64,000 nucleotides of DNA. It comes from Lingula anatina. Taxonomy: Eukaryota > Animalia > Brachiopoda. Location: the NCBI GenBank assembly GCA_051362555.1, contig CM120646.1, forward strand, positions 11,842,001 through 11,906,000, written 5' to 3'. The notes beneath the pieces are model-generated. The model searched no databases. It saw only the letters and a program-made list of their open reading frames with translations, and was not told where the DNA came from. This document shows, one piece after another, positions 1 through 14,000 of the stretch (within the stretch, counting starts at the first letter, position 1; each line of letters starts with the position of its first letter). A program made the translations under genes and the position numbers.

Positions 1-1168
1 TACGTCACTATATTACAGATATTACAGCCAAACCCAATTTTTATATAATCTGTGAGATTCTCATTAAGTCTTCGTTGTAATCCATTCAACTTCTTGAAAA
101 TAGAATCTCCTTTTCACACTCGATTTGAAAGTTGGTTTAGTCAACAGAAACTACTTCAGTGAAAAGTCCAGTCTTTATTCTCCAAATATTTATCATCAAT
201 ACACGACTTCAGTGGGAATAAAAGCCCTGTTTAACAAAAATTAAGAAATGGGGTGATGTTTTTCGGACAAATATTTCAGTGAGCCCGAGCAAACAAATAC
301 TGCATTAAATTTCGGTCAATACGTCGAACCAACTTTCAATTTTGATGCTTTTTTTTCACAAAGCTGGCCCCAGGTAAATTGAGTAAAACGATATTGTAAA
401 TATGAATTATTTAACTTAAAGTGGCTGCGTGAAACCAGTTTTCGTTCGCCTAATGACGCATGTATCACCATTTCGGTCTAAAGCAATCCTCGTCTGAACG
501 CAGTTTTATGGTGCTGTAACATGGGCGTACTTTCAGATGCATTGGTATCTCTAATATAAAACATTCAAACTAAAATATATATTAAATAATAGATAAAAAC
601 ATCGACAAAAGAGGGCAAAAAACATTTATAGGATTCGAAGAATGAAATGACGAGGGTTCTTCCGGCATCGGCGCTAATAAGAAAATAAACAAAATCATTG
701 TGTCATACATATATAAGATCTCCCTTCTATATAATTCATTGTGAAACCCTGCATTTCTTAAACAGGGTGAATGTAACACACTTAAAATGCTTTTAATAAG
801 TACAGTGCTGAAGGCCATATTAAAATATATATTACTCAATTTTACTTCAGATCACATTCGACTGATATGTCTTTGCGTAGACTGACATTAGAGAATGATC
901 TTTCAAATAAATAGATGCAACATGAAGGGCAATATAAAGAGGGAAAATCATTTTAAAAGTGTTTTTCAGTGTGAGCAATATCTTTTCACAGTAACTACTA
1001 AACAAATTCGAATATATTATTTCACGTGCTACTTATACGACAGCCGTAGCCTGTAACTTTCCTAACGTGTACAACAATATATCAATTAATCAACAGATTA
1101 AGAAGTGCCTAGATATATTATACGTCTGTAATCGTGTCAGTATACGTCTATGTCGGTTTTAGGGTTGT

Positions 1169-1406
1169 AAACTACAGGTATATAGGACATGCATTACTAG
1201 AATGTTAGAAACGCACGTCCCATTAGGACGTGCATTACTACACGTAGGACTTGCATTACTTGGGAGCCTTGGTCCTACAGACATCAAATCCTAGTAATGT
1301 ATGTCCTAGGACTTCCATTCCTAGCAATGCATGCCCTAGGGCTTGCATTCCCAGGACTTAGTGTCCGGGCGGACTTGCGTTACTAGGACGTGCACCCCTT
1401 CCACAC
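1169..1406. repeat. Patch of degenerate ~15-bp 'taggac(g/t)tgcattac' motifs in both orientations, replacing the end of GPCR copy A
   Basis: Motifs such as taggacatgcattactag, taggacgtgcattac, taggacttgcattac and inverted ctagtaatgtatgtcctag. Similarity to copy B stops at 'agggttgt' (1168) and resumes at 'cagcgtcccc' (1407). Confidence 0.7.
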
Positions 1407-4400
1407 CAGCGTCCCCATTCACAGAATTTTGCGTCTTCGGGGCATCTTCCTTGCTGTCAGCATGATCCCGTTTATCACCCTCACTGGTGGCCGTGCCCTT
1501 GCTGAGACTGGTCTGAAGCGTTCTGCTGGCGCTGTTCTCCCTTTCGAACTTCTTCCCTGTACACTTGCAGACAAGACAGGACACCATGGAGAGAAAGCGT
1601 TGTCGGTACTGCTGATTCCAGATGACGTAGATGAAGAAGTTGATGGAGTAATTCGCTGACTCCAGTAACGAAGCGATCTCGCGATACACCTGGAATCCTG
1701 GTTCATCGGTCTCGAAAATTTTCCTGTCTAGAGAAGAAATATTAGTTACGTGTAGGTTGTTGGATTTGAAAGCAGGAAATTGACTGTTAGTACTTGCATA
1801 AAAAAGAACCATTATCTTAGCCAATTATGACACGATGGCAAATCTTGGAAATACATATGAGGAATGCCATCATGTAATTTGACTGCCATCAGGGATGCTT
1901 GCTAAGGTACCTGTTATTTAGACGTTTGGAGACGTCAAACATCCTTTTACTGGTTACAATTATTCAACTGTTAACATTTATTGAAATTGCTCAGATGATC
2001 TGTACTGCGAGCAGGCTATACGTATGACGTCTTCATTCTTTCTTTCACAAATAAAGCACAAACATGAAAAAAAATCGCCATATTTAAAATATAGGCACTA
2101 GCATTATATGTACGTCTGACATGGCACAACTGCGTTTGTCGAACTTATTTTATACTCAGCGCCATAAAAGTTACGTTTGACAAAGGTTATATGAAAGAGG
2201 GCAAATGTCGCTGACTTGGCAGCCATCTTGGAACTGCATAATTTTGGGCACACAGCACACAAGGAATAAAAGGGCACGTGGTGACTTAAATTTTTTATGT
2301 CAATTTCATGCCAATTTTAACCACTTCCTATTCACTTACCCGTAATTACTGTCACAATGTGAGCGGTAGCTATAGGGTTAACGAGCACCAGGAACGCTAT
2401 GGCGACACCCAGGAGCAGGGCCGTGCTCTTGTTGGTGTTGTCCTTGTTCTTTAAGGAGCGCTGAGACTTGTCGCTGGTAATGGAAAGAGCGCGACGCACT
2501 CGGCGCTGGCTGTATAACCGTCCGATGATGAGTGAGGTCAAGACCAGGAGAATAGCTGGGGGATTTGAAATAAATGAAATAGTAGGAATGACTTGATGGA
2601 ATAAAAATGCTGTCTTATTTGTACATCATGTAATAGACCCGTCAACATTTTCTGACATGATGTTGACAAGCGGCACTTGCATTAATATGAGAAACGCAAA
2701 ACATCACTTTAATATTTTAAGGTATTGTTATCCGGATATCCACGGCGATGTTATACAAAACAGGAAATTTAATATTCAAGTACCCTACATTTATGGGTTG
2801 AAGAACAAAGTCAGTTGCCGTAAAGGAAGACCGAAAGAAAAGTTTTTCACCTTTCCGTCAAATTGTCAGCGAACGAGCAAACGCTAAACCGTTTACGCCC
2901 GTCATAATTAATATACTTGCCATTGCTCTCCGAATAACACTCGAGCAAACACAATTTGGATAGGTGAGAACAAATATGATAAACAATAAGCGTTGATATT
3001 TTACTTTCGTCATTAGAGCCCCTGCAGATGAATTACTTCCATGTGTAAGTATGACCGAAAAGTGTCATCTAAATGAAACAATTAGAATTATTGATATCAT
3101 AAGGAGAGATTAATATACACGTTCTCATCTTTCTTAATAAAAGCAAGTTGTGTTAACAAACCGCAGCCTCAGTACAATGCTTTTAGACTTAATAACCACG
3201 TTAAAACAAAAGTGATAAGAATAAGGCAATTTAAACCAATCTCTAGCAGTTATAGATCCATTGACAGAATGACGTTCGAACCCTTCAAACTGTATCTTAG
3301 ATGAGCCGTGTGTCCACCTTTCTACTTTTAAAAAATAATAAAAAAATGTTGTCTTAAACTTCGTGCTCAGTAGAAGGTGTTCATCCAATGATATTTTTGC
3401 GCATGTAAACTTTATGCATCAGAAGAGAAAAACACCAAGTAAAATACTCTCGCGTGAGCGATGAGATCGAAGAGAGAGAGAGGGCAAGTCAGAGAGAGGG
3501 AGAGGGAGAAAGAGAGAGATACAAACAATCAGTTAACTATAAGCCTTCCCACTAAAACTTACCTGTAGGAATCACGGAGTAGACGAAGCTGCCCACCCAA
3601 ATGAACCCCACAGTCACAGTCTTGAATTCCGGGCTGGGGGCGTAATTTGGGCTGCACGTACCCGAGGGGGTGAGATTATCGGCAACCCAAACTGAAATAT
3701 AAGATGCACTGCAAGAATAGGTGAAATCAACACTTTGTTTTGTTTTAATGTCACTAATTGATATTTTAAAATCTTTAAAATCTTTAAAATTTTCTCTTCA
3801 TTTAAAAAAAGGTCATTTAAAAGAAGGGCTTTAAGTAAAACTGTTTTACGCTGTTGTTGGTTTATCAGAATACAGAATATGAAGGTCTGGTGACTTTTCT
3901 CTAAAGAACATTCAAAATACAGCGACAGAAGAGACAAATTGCAGTTTGTTTTTCGCTTTGAAACATACATGTAGAAATGGGGTAATGATCCTGCGCTGCT
4001 TGACAAGATTTCAATTTTACACAAAAATGTAAACTTTTGAGATGAATCCAAAATGATTTATTCAATTTTTCAACTGAATGTATGACTTTTGCTCGGTTTG
4101 GAGTAATTCACGATGAAAGACTCAGTATGCGTAGGCACATCGTGTCAAACAGTCCCAAAATATAATAACAACACAAAAAATTAATCACCAAACCAATCAA
4201 TAAGAATAAAAGTCACAAGAGCTGTTTGGTGTTAATGAAAAGCTGTCATAGCCTTTAATAACAATTCACACAGTGGGGCAAAAGTGTTAATGAGGTTAGA
4301 TATCATTCATGTTGTGTAAATGTTGTGTAAATGTATGTTTGTGGGCGAGGAGAAAAATCGACAAAAGCGCCACCTTGCGACTCACTTAATCCGCAAGTTC

Positions 4401-6363
4401 AATATTTTATCAGCAAAACGGTAAAAGTTTTTAGAATTGAATAGGAATTTTGATATTCGCTATTCAAAAAAAAAAGGAGGGTGAAAAAAAAGAAACTTAA
4501 AAAGGCGACATTTCCAGGCACGAAGTCAGGAGGGTTTTCAGATCAGAAAATTCCCATTTCGCAAAGAAAGGGGCGAGTTTAGGTTACTGCCAACCTTAAA
4601 TAAGCATTTGGTTTCCATTTCAAATTGGACATCATAAACGCTTCTTCATAATAAAAAAACCCGGTAAAATATCCATAATTCCACGGCACATTTGATAGGA
4701 AAGTCTAAAGTCCCCCCCCCTTCCGATCCCATTCCCGGCTTCGGGCTTAATTGCAAACGGAGTCTTATCAGAAGGTCCCTGCTACGTGTAAGAAAAGTCA
4801 AAGACTGTCGAACAGACCACTGCAATTCAGCGTTAGTCTTAAATACACAGATATCTTAACTTTTAAAAGGACTTGAATTGTCAGAGCGAATTATTATCGT
4901 TATTAATATTTTGTCATTCGAATAAGTATGGGTTGCAAACGTATATCATTAATGTGCATGGAAATTTTGTCTTTCAAATGGATATGAATTGCGAGGAAGA
5001 AATTATTATTATTAGAATTAAGAGAGAGGATAGCTAACACCCAAATCATTACTTTAAAGAGTAATTTACAGTCCTGCCCAACCTTTCTGTCTAAATTTAC
5101 GGATTTTATTTATTTAAAATGAATAAAAAATTTTGCCACGCAGAATTGGAGCGGTCATAAAAGACCCCCCTCTTTTCTTAAATCGTGAATTCTAGCATAT
5201 CAAATTATTTAATTTATTTTAGCTTCAATGCGTAAACTAGCATTTGCACGGTTGGAGATGTATTCCAAAGAAATTATCTAGTTTATGAATAGAAAATGCT
5301 GGAGCACAAATTCCTCTGAAAGTTGTAAAAGATTAAAAGAAATATCAAAACGTACCCCAAGCAAAGTTGAATGCTCCAATACAAATGTAGTCTAGAGCAA
5401 GAGCAATCCGAGCGTTCCGTTTGGTACATAAGGTCCTCACTTTAAGAGGAAACCATACTGCAATAAATCTGAAAATAGAACAAACTAGAGTGGATGCAGA
5501 TAATCATGCGTTATCTCAAAATTTTAAAACTCTCGAGATTTAAAAAAGGGGACGGGGTATTTTAACATTATCTTTCTAAAGAAAATCTGTTTTATTATCA
5601 TGGCATCATTACCATTCACGTAACAATTGTAAGCTATTTTAAATGCCTCTCTTAAAATAACCTTCAAAAATCACCTTTCAATGGCAACAATGACGACAAA
5701 CCAAGATGACGTCATCTTTGCCATTCGCCAGAACCAAAAGAACACTTTGCAGCTGAAGAGGGAGAAGGAGCGCACGTCTACACCTATCATCTGTTGGAAC
5801 CACTTCTTGTTGAACGGCGCCATGACCACCAACAGCGAGTCGGAAACAGACAGGGCAATGAGAAGCGTGCTGATGGTCATTTTCTGGAACTGCTTGCCGC
5901 TCATGATCAGAATGGTGAAGGTGTTCCCGGTGAGGCCCGTTATCAGAAAAAAGGGAATGGCAACGTAGCCGACATAATCAATCTTGCCAAGGGATGGCGA
6001 TGGAGAGGACGAGTTGGTGGCGCCCGTCGAGGCGTTTAGAGCGTTAATATGGACAATGGTGTCATCATCATCATCACCATCAGCATCAAAATCGTTCTTT
6101 GGCACAGTGGAATTTTGTAAGTCGTCAGAGGTGCCCGTGTAGGCGGTAGGGACAAGTGTAGGAATGGTCGAGGTAGACTCCAATGACCCTCCCGTGGTGA
6201 TTGCCCGAAGCAGAGTGGAGTTCCCATAGCCGCTTAGAAAATCGTCAAGTCTGTCATCTGGCACTGTTGAATCTGGATGGGAATCCCCATTTACATAAGG
6301 CAGTAAGACCACGAGTATCTGGCACAGCGAGACGACCAAGGAACAGCGAAGTGATAATGGCAT
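1336..6363 (-). CDS. Class A (rhodopsin-like) GPCR, FMRFamide/peptide-receptor-like family, copy A, 512 aa
   Basis: Coding exons 6363-5675, 5468-5356, 3691-3563, 2555-2340, 1727-1336; all GT-AG with matching phases (1539 nt). Signal peptide, Ser/Thr/Asp-rich ectodomain, TM1 GLTGN, TM2 LSVSD, TM3 ERFIAVWFPL, TM5 YSVIP, TM6 VNP, TM7 NYSINFFIY. A likely non-coding exon donor (CAG|GTAAG) lies at ~7308. Confidence 0.92.
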
Positions 6364-8649
6364 GCCTGTGTTTGATCTGTAACGAAATGTCGGACCAAAG
6401 AATATGATTCTCATAACTCAAAAAAAATCTGAACCCCCATTGTGGGTCCATGATCGTGCCACAGGGATGATCACGCGAGATAAACATTCCTTATGCCAAA
6501 AAATTGTTGCCATATAAAATATACTGAACACAATATTGGGAAACCACTATTCTGTCTTTAAAAAAAGCATTAAATAGCAATGCGAGTTAAATAGGTTTTG
6601 GACTGTTTTAGGAAGGGATGCTGCTGATATATAAAAGCTACAAAAATTTAACGATATGTAACAAATGGGTATACAGTGTATATCAGTGAAGGATTCGGGG
6701 TCTGGCTAAGAATTAAACAAAATTTATCAGCCTCGCTTAGCCTATACACTAATACAGCAAAAAAAGACAATTTCATCATAATATGTACAGTACAAAAGGG
6801 CGAATTGTTTGGCTTTTTTTGTCAAAATAAAGCAAGTTTATAAAAAAATTATAACGAAATGAAAGTTGACGAATTAAAAAGGGGGTTGTCGATACAACCA
6901 AATCTTTCAATGACGTCCTTTTTAATGCTCGAGAAGATAACAGATAACGTTGCCGTTTCAGAAAAAAAAAAGGAAAAATCGTCCTCATGGTCGTTTTAAG
7001 CGTATTTACCGGTGTTGTAGAAACAGTAGTCTTTGCATAACCGCAGACCGTTCCAATTACTTTGTACAGGTGTCATTCGTTTCATATACTAACTTTAATA
7101 CTCGAACTTACCCTAGCCTGTATTATTCATACATGTATTATGGATTTCCATTCCTAGGACTACCACTCCAGTCACGACGGAACCAGTTTATCTACTTTGG
7201 TTTTATGATTATCATTACATGCACACAGACCAAATCGAGACGATAAAACATAAGTTACATAACATACAGACTTTCCAATGAGAAAACGAAATAAAAAGGC
7301 GCTCTTACCTGAAAAAAATTTCGCCAATTTCCAAGCCAGTCGTTAAAGGTTTCTTTGAAAACTGTCTGTCTACAGACACTTCGTCAATCTCTACATCAAT
7401 TGCAAGCGCTTTGTCCGATTAAAGTCTGGACAAAGTGGACCCCTCCCTTTGTATTTATAATGTACGGTGAAAGGTGAGCGCGATCCGATTGGGCAAATAT
7501 TGTGAAGCTTGTCTGTGTAATAATCCGTACCAGAGGTAGTTTCTATCTATCTCTTCGCAATTTATTTCTTCACGAAATAAATCAACAATCACACGTATGG
7601 TATATAATTACGCTCTTATTATTCTTGAACACCTTGGGAAATTAATAAGTCGGTTAAGTAACAATTTTCTGCAATTTGCAGTTTTCTGGTCAATTATCAG
7701 CAGTTTGACAATAAGGTATCAGAGGGTCTTCCTCAAAGCCGTTTCATAATCTGTAAAACAATTGAGCTAGTAAACAAATATTTTTGACCTGAATTCTTCC
7801 AGAAATGGAAGTTCATGAACCCGTTTCATTTGCCAGAAGAATGAAAATCGACGTTATGTAGAGTGCAAGGCCGTTTCAACTGTAGAAAAACAAAGAGTAG
7901 AAAATAATAACCCCTTATCAAATTCGTTTTGGCTGTGTGGTCTATGGTGTTGTTTGTTTCTACCCTCGAGCACGTCGATTATCCTTGTATTAAATCATCA
8001 AGTGTGAAGAGGCTTAAATGGCGGTAGCTAGCAAACACATGTACCTGTAATTTCAGTCAATTCTGATGCATAAGAAAATGTGCAACATATAAGGTTGATA
8101 TATGGAACTGTGATTTGTTTTAATTTTACCTCCGCGTTCATGAATTAAAGTTGATATCAAAATGGGTACGGAAACCATGAGCTTCGAAGCATTGACAATT
8201 GCTCTCTTTGACGTAGTGCCTCTCAGTGCCGGTATAACAAAACTAAGGGCCCGTGTAACAGAAAATCCGCCCCCCCCCCCCATTTACTTATAATGGTTAG
8301 GCTTAGCCTAACCTAAAGTGGGTCAAAATCTACGGCGAGGCTTACCTGTACAAATGAATGGGAAGCGGACTCTTTGTCATGGGGGACTCTCTGCCACGTT
8401 ACACCGGCGATCGCTCTTTACGGTTCTGCCAATGCTTTTATCAGCGTTTAAGCAACGAAGCATTGTGGCAGAAAAGAACAGATTTCATGAGGAGGCCGTG
8501 AAGGTTTGGTGCGCATATAGCTACGTATAGAATGCTTGTTTTTTTAACACAACCCCTCCAACTTGTTACCAGTATTATACAATATTTCATATTTCCATCA
8601 ATTCTTGGCCTTTAAATATGCATAGGTTATCAAACCCACACTAAATTAG

Positions 8650-9120
8650 GGACAAGGAACCCATTTTTGATATCACGGAAGCAAATGGCGGTCATTTTGT
8701 GCCTCAAATCCAAGTAGTCGCCATCCGCCATTTTGAATGTGCGGACACAATTTTGCTATTCTCTCTTGAATTTCTAAGTGTATAATCTACATATACTTGA
8801 TATATATCGATTACTAATATTTTGAGGGTGCAAAATATTTTATAATGTTTAGGTGATAGAAGGTGATTTAAAGGGACAAAGAGGGTGTTTTAAGTGACTA
8901 CCAAGATGTATGTGTGTGAAGGCTTCAAAACCATGGATTTTGGTAATCCGTATTTAAATACATCTCAATGCAATTTTATGTTATAAACCATAGATACTGG
9001 ACAAAATTATGAACAAGAAACTCTATTTTTGGCATTATGGAGGCAATTGGAGGCCAGTTTGTCCCTCAAATTCAAGATGGCCGCCAGATACCATTTTGAA
9101 ATTGGGCATAATTCACCATT
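8650..9120. repeat. Degenerate internally repeated AT-rich element remnant ('aagatggccgcc...ccattttgaa' units)
   Basis: ~8665-8740 resembles ~9025-9105. No ORF or termini recognised. Confidence 0.4.
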
Positions 9121-11089
9121 TAAAACTATGACACCTTCATAAGCGTGCCATACGTCGTTTCTGATTATTTCCTGGTGCAGAATACGTTTTTGGTGTCATA
9201 TGTTTCATAAAATTTAAATAGAAACTTTTATAAGCATCCAAATTAATATAGGATTCAGTCGTCACATGTTGTATCTACAGTTATAATTAGTAGTCTAATT
9301 TGTACAAAACTATGTTTCTTAACATATTTAAAGGATTTTGCCTGATCTATTAAACAAGTTTCAGTAAACAAAATGGCTGAATTAAAGAAAAAACATCTTT
9401 GACCGCATGAGGAAATTTTTTGGCCATTATTTTGATTAAAACCAAGTGTTGGTTGCATGCCGCTATTTTAATATTTTGGTGTAATTTATCATCTTTGAAC
9501 TGTGGGACCCTCATACGCTTTTAATAGGTCGATTGGTACTATTCTGGGGGCTCAAAAGTAATTTCTGGTGCTAATTTGGTGACGGAAGATAATAAAAAGG
9601 TCATATAAGGTTTTAAAGTAAATTCCAAGATGAGTTTCGCTGAGTGTGATAAAAAAACGTGGAGCCCGAAAATCATGCTAAAATATATCAACTACATGTA
9701 GATTTATCATAAGTGACCATCCACTAAAAGATACTGTATAATTTAAAGGTAACCAATAAATATACTGTATATACGTAGTGATATTAATCTTTTACTGGTC
9801 ACTGTGAAAAAAAGCCACATGTACATTTATGTCCCAGTCACTGGGGCTTGCATTTGCATGTTAAATATAGTCCAGAAGATTTGAAGGGTGAAAAATGTGT
9901 GGTCTTATCATACGATGGAACTTGGTAAGTTGTGTTGATGCGTAAATGCCCGTGAGAGACAAGCAAATGGGCTTTGCTTTGAAATAGCTCCAGATCTTGT
10001 CTGCAAAATCATCCAGCAGCACAGCACAAAGAAACATGCATGATCAGCTCTGGTAGGCCAATAAGACAACAGCCAGTAAGAATTGAGCTTTGGTCAGTGT
10101 CCTATGAGGAACAGACATAAACAATATATTAAAATCCAGTTCCTAGAGAAACATCAATGCATGGGAACAAGTCGTATCAGAGGAAAGTGGTATCTTTACA
10201 CAAAAGAAGGAATCTGCAAAACCAACCAGAAAACAGCAGTTGCGCAGGTAGGCAAGGGGGATAATGCAAAAAAAAAGTCCAGGAAGCAGCCTACTTTCCT
10301 AGTTGACAGTGCCAGTGATCCTTCCTAGCACGATTTGGCCAGACAAGTCATCTCTCTACCAATAGAAATCCACAAGGCGACTACATAGTTCTCATTGTTT
10401 CCAAAGGACGAACACGCACAAAACATCTACAGCATGTGACAACTACAGGAAAATTCATCTTGGAATTCACTTAAAACACCTTATGCCTTTTTAAATATCC
10501 CCCGTCACCAGAACAGCACTAGAAATTAATTATGTAATTCTAAAATAGCAACAATTGATGCATTACGATCATATGAAAGTCCAACAAGTCAAAATGGTAA
10601 ATTATGCCATAATGATGACAGGAAAACAATGTTTCTAATTATTCTCAAATGTGTATAAATGCTTCATAGAACTTAAGTATTTTTCGATTTTGAAAACCAG
10701 ACTAATCGATTTTTCATCTTAAAGTAATTAATTTTTTCATCAATTCCAGGTGTGGATCTGAAGTAATATTTGAGTGTCACTGTTACCATCAGTTTTGACA
10801 TTTATATTTCTATTTGGGAAGCATTGCTGTTTTGTTTGTAAATATTGTCGAAATGTTATTTACTATTTCGTGACTGGATTTATGCTTTTTACCTCTAGTT
10901 TAAAAGGAGGCCTTTATGAAAAAAAAATTAAAATCAAATCAAAGATTTTGATATATTTATTACTAACAGTAAAATACACATACAAACGTATGACATGACA
11001 AAATACTTCATATTAATCTTACATCGCACGATAGAGGGAGCTTCCGTATGAACTGTTCATAGAAGACTACTTTAGACCTAACATCAATC

Positions 11090-14000
11090 ACTACATCAGA
11101 CATTACAGATATTACAGACAAACCCAATTTTTATGTAATCTTTGAGATTCTCATGCAGTCTTCCTTGTAATCCGTTCAACTTCTTGAAAAAAGAATCGCC
11201 TTTTCAATTACAAAGCGACCTTTTTTCACAGAACAACTCGATTTGAAAGTTGATTTAGTGAACAGAACATGCATCAGTAAAAAGTGCGGCCCTTTCTCTG
11301 CAAATATTTGTCATCAATACACGACTTTATTGGGAATATTAGCAGTGTTTAACAAAAATTCAGAAATGGGGTGATGTTTTTCGGACAGATATTTCGGTGA
11401 ACCCGCGCAAACAAATACTGCATTGAAGTTGACCTAATTTCGGTCGATACGTCGAACCAACTTTCAGTTTTGATATTATTTTTGACAAAGCTGGCCCCAA
11501 GGATATTGAATAAACAGTATTGTAAATATGAATTCTTTCACTTAAAGTGGCAGCGTGAAACCAACTTTCGTTGTCTAATGACGTATGTATCACCGTTTCG
11601 GTCTAAAGTAATCCTCGTCTGAGCGCAATTTTATGGTGCTGTAACATGTGCGTACTTCCAGATGCATTGGTATCTCTAATATAACATTTAAACTAAAAAT
11701 ATATATTAAATAATAGATAAAACATGAACAAAAGAGGGCAAAAAATCATCTATAGGATTCGAAGAATGAAATGATGAATGTTCTTCCGGTATCTGCACCA
11801 AAATTAACAAAATTTATTGTATCATTGTATATATTTCCTTCTATATAATTCATTATGAACCACATCTTAAACAGGGTGAATGTAACACACTTAAATTGCT
11901 TAAATGAGTACAAGGCTAAAGGGAATATTATATAACACTCAATTATGCTCCAGAACACACTCGATTGATATATATCTTTGCGTATAGACTGACATTTGAG
12001 AATGATCCTTTAAATAAATAGATGCAACATGAAGGGGAATATAAAGAGCGAAAATCATTTTAAAAGTGTTTATCAGTGTGGGCATTATCTTTTCACAGTA
12101 ACTACTAAACAAATTCGAATATATTATTTCACGTGCTACTTATACGACAGCCGTACCCTGTAACTTTCCTAACGTGTACAACAATATATCAATTAATCAA
12201 CAGATTTAGAAGTACCTAGAGATATTATACGAATGGGATCGTATCAGTATACGTCAATGTCGGCTTTAGGGTTGTTTTCGGAAAAATGCGAGTACTTTCT
12301 CGGTATTCATATTCTCAATAAAACACTTCCACCCTCTTTTGAAATATGCCGAAAACACCTGTCTTGCTAACGTTCGAGATGCTCTGGCATACATCGCTAG
12401 TCCGACAGTATATTATTTCGCAGCCATTTTTTTCTTTCTGAAACAGTTATGTTGAATTTATTTTTGTTACGTCGTCATTCATTGATATCTACCAATGATG
12501 TCTACCAATAATAAGTTTTTTGTCATGACGGCATGGATGAACTCATGCATTACGTCATATTATGTTTGACTGGGGTCTCCCTACTCCATGACGTCACTGG
12601 GGACGATACATACTTCTGCAGCATGACTTTCCATTTCGTTAACGTTGGACACCTGAACCGAATCACATTTTGCATCATCAAAGCTAATAACCTCATCTTG
12701 GTTGGGAGCAGCGTCCCCATTCACAGAATTTTGTGTCTTCGGGGGATCTTCCTTGCTGTCAGCATGGCCCCCCTTTTCACCCTCACTGGTGGCCGCCCCC
12801 TTGCTGAGGCCGGTCTGAAGCGTTTTGCTGGCGCTGTTCTCCTTTCCGCTCTTCCCGGAAGCGGACTTCTTCCATGTGCACTTGCAGACAAGACAGGACA
12901 CCATGGAGAGAAAGCGTTGTCGGTACTGCTGATTCCAGATGACGTAGATGAAGAAGTTGATGGAGTAATTCGTTGTCTCCAGTAACTGAGCGATCTCGCG
13001 ATACACCTGGATTCCTGGTTCATTGGTCTCGAAAATATTCCTGCCTAGAAAAGAAATATTAGTTACCTGTAGATTGTTGGATTTTTAAGCAGGACTGTAG
13101 GCTAGTACTTGCATAAAAAAGGAATCATTACCTATTATCAATTATGACAAGATGACAAATCTTGGAAATACATGTGAGTATTGGCAATTTGTTATTTGAC
13201 TGCCACCAGGGGTGTTTGCTAAGGTACCCGTTATTTAGACGTCTGGTGACGTCAAATAGTTTTTTTCCTGGTTAAATTAATCCAGCTGTAAACATTTCTT
13301 GAAATTGCTTGGATAACCTGTAATACGAGCAGGATATATATATTTATGCCGTATTTATAATTTCTTTCATAAATAAAACACAACCATGAGAAAATCCATC
13401 TTCGCCATATTTTAAGAAAAAATTTAGCATTACCATTACTTCTGATATGGTACAACTGCATTCGTCGAACTTGTCTTATACTCAGCGCCATAAAAGGTTT
13501 GACAAAGGTTATTTGAAAGAGGTCAAATGTCAGTGACATGGCGGCCATATTGGATTTGCATACTTTGGGGCACTCACATGGAAAAGAGCAAGTGGTGACC
13601 AAAAAATAATGTCAATTCCATACCAATTTTATCCACTTCCTATTCACTTACCCGTAATTACTGTCACAATGTGGGCGGTAGCTATAGGGTTAACAAGCAC
13701 CAGGAACGCTATGGCGACCCCCAGAAGCAGGGCTGTGGTCTTGGTGGTGTTGTCCTTGTTCTTTAAGGCGCTGTCGTTGGTGTTGGACAGAGCGCGACGC
13801 ACTCGGCGCTGGCTGTATAACCGTCCGATGATGAGCGGGGTGAGAACCAGGAGAATAGCTGGAGAAATTTGGAATAAATGAGATAGAAGGAATGACTTGA
13901 TTGAATAAAATGCTGTCTTACTTGTATGTTATATAATAGACCCGTCACCATTTTCTGACATGATGTTGACAAGCGGCACTTGCATAAATTTTGATACGCA

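Larger units (their letters stand above)
1..8575. repeat. Segmental duplication unit A containing GPCR copy A; probably starts before the window
   Basis: Collinear with ~11090-19663 across introns and flanks, e.g. 'attacagatattacag.caaacccaattttta' at ~12 and ~11102. Similarity ends at 'ccctccaacttgtta.cagtatt' (~8575 / ~19663). Confidence 0.9.

Noticed and set aside
1390-6407. Plus-strand and alternative-frame ORFs overlapping the GPCR exons (and their equivalents at 12533-17173)
   Set aside because: Shadows of GC-richer coding exons with no independent protein features.
9870-10330. Possible degraded transposon coding fragment (EDLKGEKCVV..YDG)
   Set aside because: Too short and interrupted; no catalytic motif or termini recognised.
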